Below, in pieces: positions 33,346 to 36,212 of a DNA stretch of 36,212 nucleotides. Within the stretch, counting starts at the first letter, position 1. Every line of letters starts with the position of its first letter. The notes below the pieces were generated by a model. It was not told the DNA's origin and searched no databases. It worked only from the letters and a program-made list of their open reading frames with translations. The stretch spans positions 151,228,832-151,265,043 of the forward strand of contig NC_068983.1 in the NCBI RefSeq assembly GCF_001194135.2, given 5' to 3'. The position numbers and the translations under genes are program-made. Origin of the DNA: Octopus bimaculoides (lineage: Eukaryota).

Positions 33346-33685
33346 GAAAACCTACCAATGAAGAGTGTTGGATTGATGAATCTCTAAGAACGTCAAATTA
33401 CGTGGTTTGCATTGTATATTCCGGTACTTTGAGCTCTGAGTTTAAATCTCATAATGATTTATTTGAGGGTAGAATTACTCCATCGCCTGTTAAACACCCT
33501 CACCCGACACCTAGAATGCCTTTAGTGGCGTCCACTCTGTTACAATTATCTGGGCCATGTTTCCTCTTTGAGAATACTTTCCTCTCGCCGCTAGTATCCG
33601 ATGTCCTGTGACATAAAAGGGATCAACTTTCTCATTTATTCTTCCAAGGATGTTACGATAAATGCTAGCACCTATGCAAATATTG

Positions 33686-33894
33686 ATTTAAAATTTTGGT
33701 ACAAAGCTAGAGGTATCGGGGTAGGGTGTAAGCCGATTACATCGACCGCCAGTTCTCAACTGGTACTTACTTTATCGACCTTGAAAAGTTGAAACGAAAG
33801 TCGACCTCTGCGGAATTTCAACTCAGAAGATAAAGGCCGACGAAATAGCCGCTAAGCATGTTGCTTGGCGTGTAAACAATTTTGTCAGCTCGCC
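33686..33894 (-). mobile_element. Full-length SINE family B (tail 1), diverged
   Basis: AAATTTTGGTACAAAGC...CGATTACATCGACC...AACTGGTACTTACTTTATCGACC...AAGTCGACCTCTGCGGAATTTCAACTCAGAA...GCTAAGCAT...TGTCAGCTCGCC. Confidence 0.87.
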
Positions 33895-34044
33895 CCTTTA
33901 CCAGCTATCAAATATTAAAGCCAATGGTATGAGCTCTACCCATAATGGTAGTGCCCATAATGGCACCTTCCGATCATCAGAGGAAGAATGAATGCAATTA
34001 TTTACTTCACTTTATTTGTAGCGGCAAAACAACCTCCTCCTTAA

Positions 34045-34100
34045 GGCGGCGAGCTGGCAGAAATGTTAACACTTCGAGCGAAACGCTTAGCGGTATTTCA
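34045..34100 (+). mobile_element. SINE family B head only
   Basis: GGCGGCGAGCTGGCAGAAATGTTAAC...GCGAAACGCTTAGCGGTATTTC. Confidence 0.8.
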
Positions 34101-34789
34101 ATTGTTTTCTCACGGTTGTAGCAATAGCGAAAGAGGTAGTATGGAAGACGAGGATAAAAGGAATTAAGACAGGCAACTTTATCTCTGGCCACAATTTACG
34201 TTCATTTTTTACTTTTCATTTGAAAAGGAAAGTGTGGCTGGAGAGATGTTTGTCGGAGTGTACGTTCCAAAAGAGATGGAAGCATGTTGCACGAGTGTTG
34301 TGCGTGCAAGGAACCGTGTGAATAGTCAGAAAAAAAAAGAAAAAAAAAGGTGCCAGCGATAGATCGGGGCTTGTGGGGTCGGAGCGTGGCCTGATCATCG
34401 CTTCATTTGTGTTGTCTAACGTACTGTTAATATCATTCGATTTTTTATATTTTATAAAATTTTTAAAGTCATATTTATNNNNNNNNNNNNNNNNNNNNNN
34501 NNNNNNNNNNNNNNNNNNNNNNNNNNNNNNNNNNNNNNNNNNNNNNNNNNNNNNNNNNNNNNNNNNNNNNNNNNNNNNNNNNNNNNNNNNNNNNNNNNNN
34601 NNNNNNNNNNNNNNNNNNNNNNNNNNNNNNNNNNNNNNNNNNNNNNNNNNNNNNNNNNNNNNNNNNNNNNNNNNAAAAAAAAAAAAAAGGCAACCTTCTT
34701 CTTTAAAACTATGTCTTTAAAGCCACTCACTGTTTTTAAAATAAAAGATAGAATAATCGATGAAAAAAAATCCTAGGAACCAGCTTAAA

Positions 34790-34950
34790 GTAGTGGTTGG
34801 CTGAATTGTTTGAGTTAGGCAGAATACTGAGTTGTGTTAGCATATGTCCTAGTATATTCTGAGTTCAAATACCACCTAAACCAAGTTTGTCCATCATCAC
34901 TGTTTAGTTGACAAAACTAGCAGGACTCGATTTATTGGAGTCGATATTAT
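34790..34950 (+). mobile_element. Highly diverged family B-like SINE
   Basis: TTCTGAGTTCAAATACCACC B-box region and a later GGAGTCGATAT. The remainder is weak. Confidence 0.4.
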
Positions 34951-35214
34951 CAAAACTATTCTTAATGGCAGTGTCATAGCAAGACTACAAACTAATGACA
35001 ACAAAGGAAAATAAATTAAATTAAATGTCTTGAATTTAAAGAAATTTAACGATAAGTTTGATGATCGAAGTAATTTCCCACACAATGGTAATAACTTTGT
35101 GAAAGAGAAAATGTATGGTGTTTATCATATCCCTCGGCATATCCACGACGACTCCACACCTGTGGTACATCACGCCCAGCTATTCTAAAGCAAGTCATAA
35201 AATAAATCGTAAGA

Positions 35215-35460
35215 TTATTGGATAGCAGAATCAGTAGAGCAACCGAGGAAATGTCATATGCTCTTTGGACCCGACATGTGTGAGCTTAAATATTTCCTGG
35301 GTCGATTGAATCTGCCGTACATCATTCCGAGGTCGATAGAAATAACACATATTAAGTACCAGTCAAATCCTGGGTTGATAAAATCAAATACCCTCTTTGA
35401 AGGCGATGCTCCAGTATGGTCGTAGCCCAATGTCTAATGTAACGGAATGAAAAGAATTAC
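35215..35460 (+). mobile_element. Diverged SINE with family B head and core but family C tail 3
   Basis: GCAGAATCAGTAGAG head, GAGCTTAAAT B-box remnant, TCATTCCGAGGTCGATA...TAAGTACCAG..CCTGGG core, then TTTGAAGGCGATGCTCCAGTATGGTCGTAGCCCAATG tail. Confidence 0.62.
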
Positions 35461-35914
35461 AGTCAATAACATTCTGTACTTTACTTCATTTCACTTCATT
35501 CAAAACAGTCTGAACATCGAAAAAGACTAAATAGGCGTCACCAACAAAACCTCGCCCTTACCCTCAAATACCCACTTTCTTTTCTCCCGTTGTCCTACTA
35601 ATTTAAAAGCAAATAATAAAATACAATAACATAGTAAAGTATAAGATAATAACAGAAATGGTAGGAATCTTGTCTATGTAGGGAAAGCATTATTATTTCA
35701 AAGTGTAGACATTGTAGAGATAATTACAGTATAAATATTGGTGTTGCATTTCACATCGAGAATCTTTTATTACCCCAGGAGCTAAATTTCCAGTGACTAA
35801 TCTCAATTATTATAAATAGTTAAGCTACTTGTCTTCAAGCAGCAGCATCAACTTACAAAAATAAAAATGGTCACTTCGAAATGTGTAATTGGTTTGAAAG
35901 CGAATTGGTTGAGT

Positions 35915-36050
35915 GGTGGTGGAGGTGATAGCGATGGTGGTGGTGGTGGTAGTGGTGGCTGTGGTGTTGATAGCAGTGTTTATGATGGCTATGGTGATGG
36001 TTGTTGTTGTGGCGCTGTGGAAGGGGCTAGATCGTAGTTGTGGTGGTGGA
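35915..36050. repeat. Degenerate (GGT/GAT/GTT)n low-complexity tract
   Basis: Direct reading. Confidence 0.8.
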
Positions 36051-36212
36051 AGGTGGGGGGGGGGATAGGCGGCAATCAGGAATTCCCATCAGCCAATCAA
36101 ATAAAATAGAAAAAGAAAGATAAACACGAACAAAAAGGAAAATTAAGGCGAAGGAGAAAGAAAGAAAGGAAGGAAGGAAAGACAGAAGCCAAAGAAAACA
36201 CGAAGGAAGGAA

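Noticed and set aside
33970-33985. Minus-strand CTGATGA next to the twin hairpins as a hammerhead core
   Set aside because: There is no downstream GAAA or closing helix II.

Overview
Eukaryotic, AT-rich, mostly non-coding DNA that is dense in microsatellites and interrupted by 11 N gaps. The repeat content suggests a cephalopod, probably octopus; this is an inference from recalled SINE motifs and the simple-repeat load, not a database result. Almost all long ORFs in the supplied track are microsatellite or N-gap artefacts. Recognisable content: three modular tRNA-derived SINE families (about 20 copies or fragments), two different RLE-type (R4/Dong-like) retrotransposon 3' fragments each embedded in its own microsatellite, one CR1/L2-like LINE fragment, several foldback or MITE-like inverted repeats including a 238-bp near-perfect palindrome, and one plausible internal coding exon (12287-12391, +). 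The most notable result is self-cleaving RNA. A complete canonical type I hammerhead ribozyme fold with a palindromic helix III lies at 4246-4347 (+). Two copies of a second repeat family carry a minimal variant hammerhead with a CUGUUGA core (16140-16174 on -, 24023-24059 on +). Together these point to Penelope-like pLTR or retrozyme-type ribozyme elements living in (TA)n tracts. No rRNA, true tRNA, CRISPR or prokaryotic features were found.
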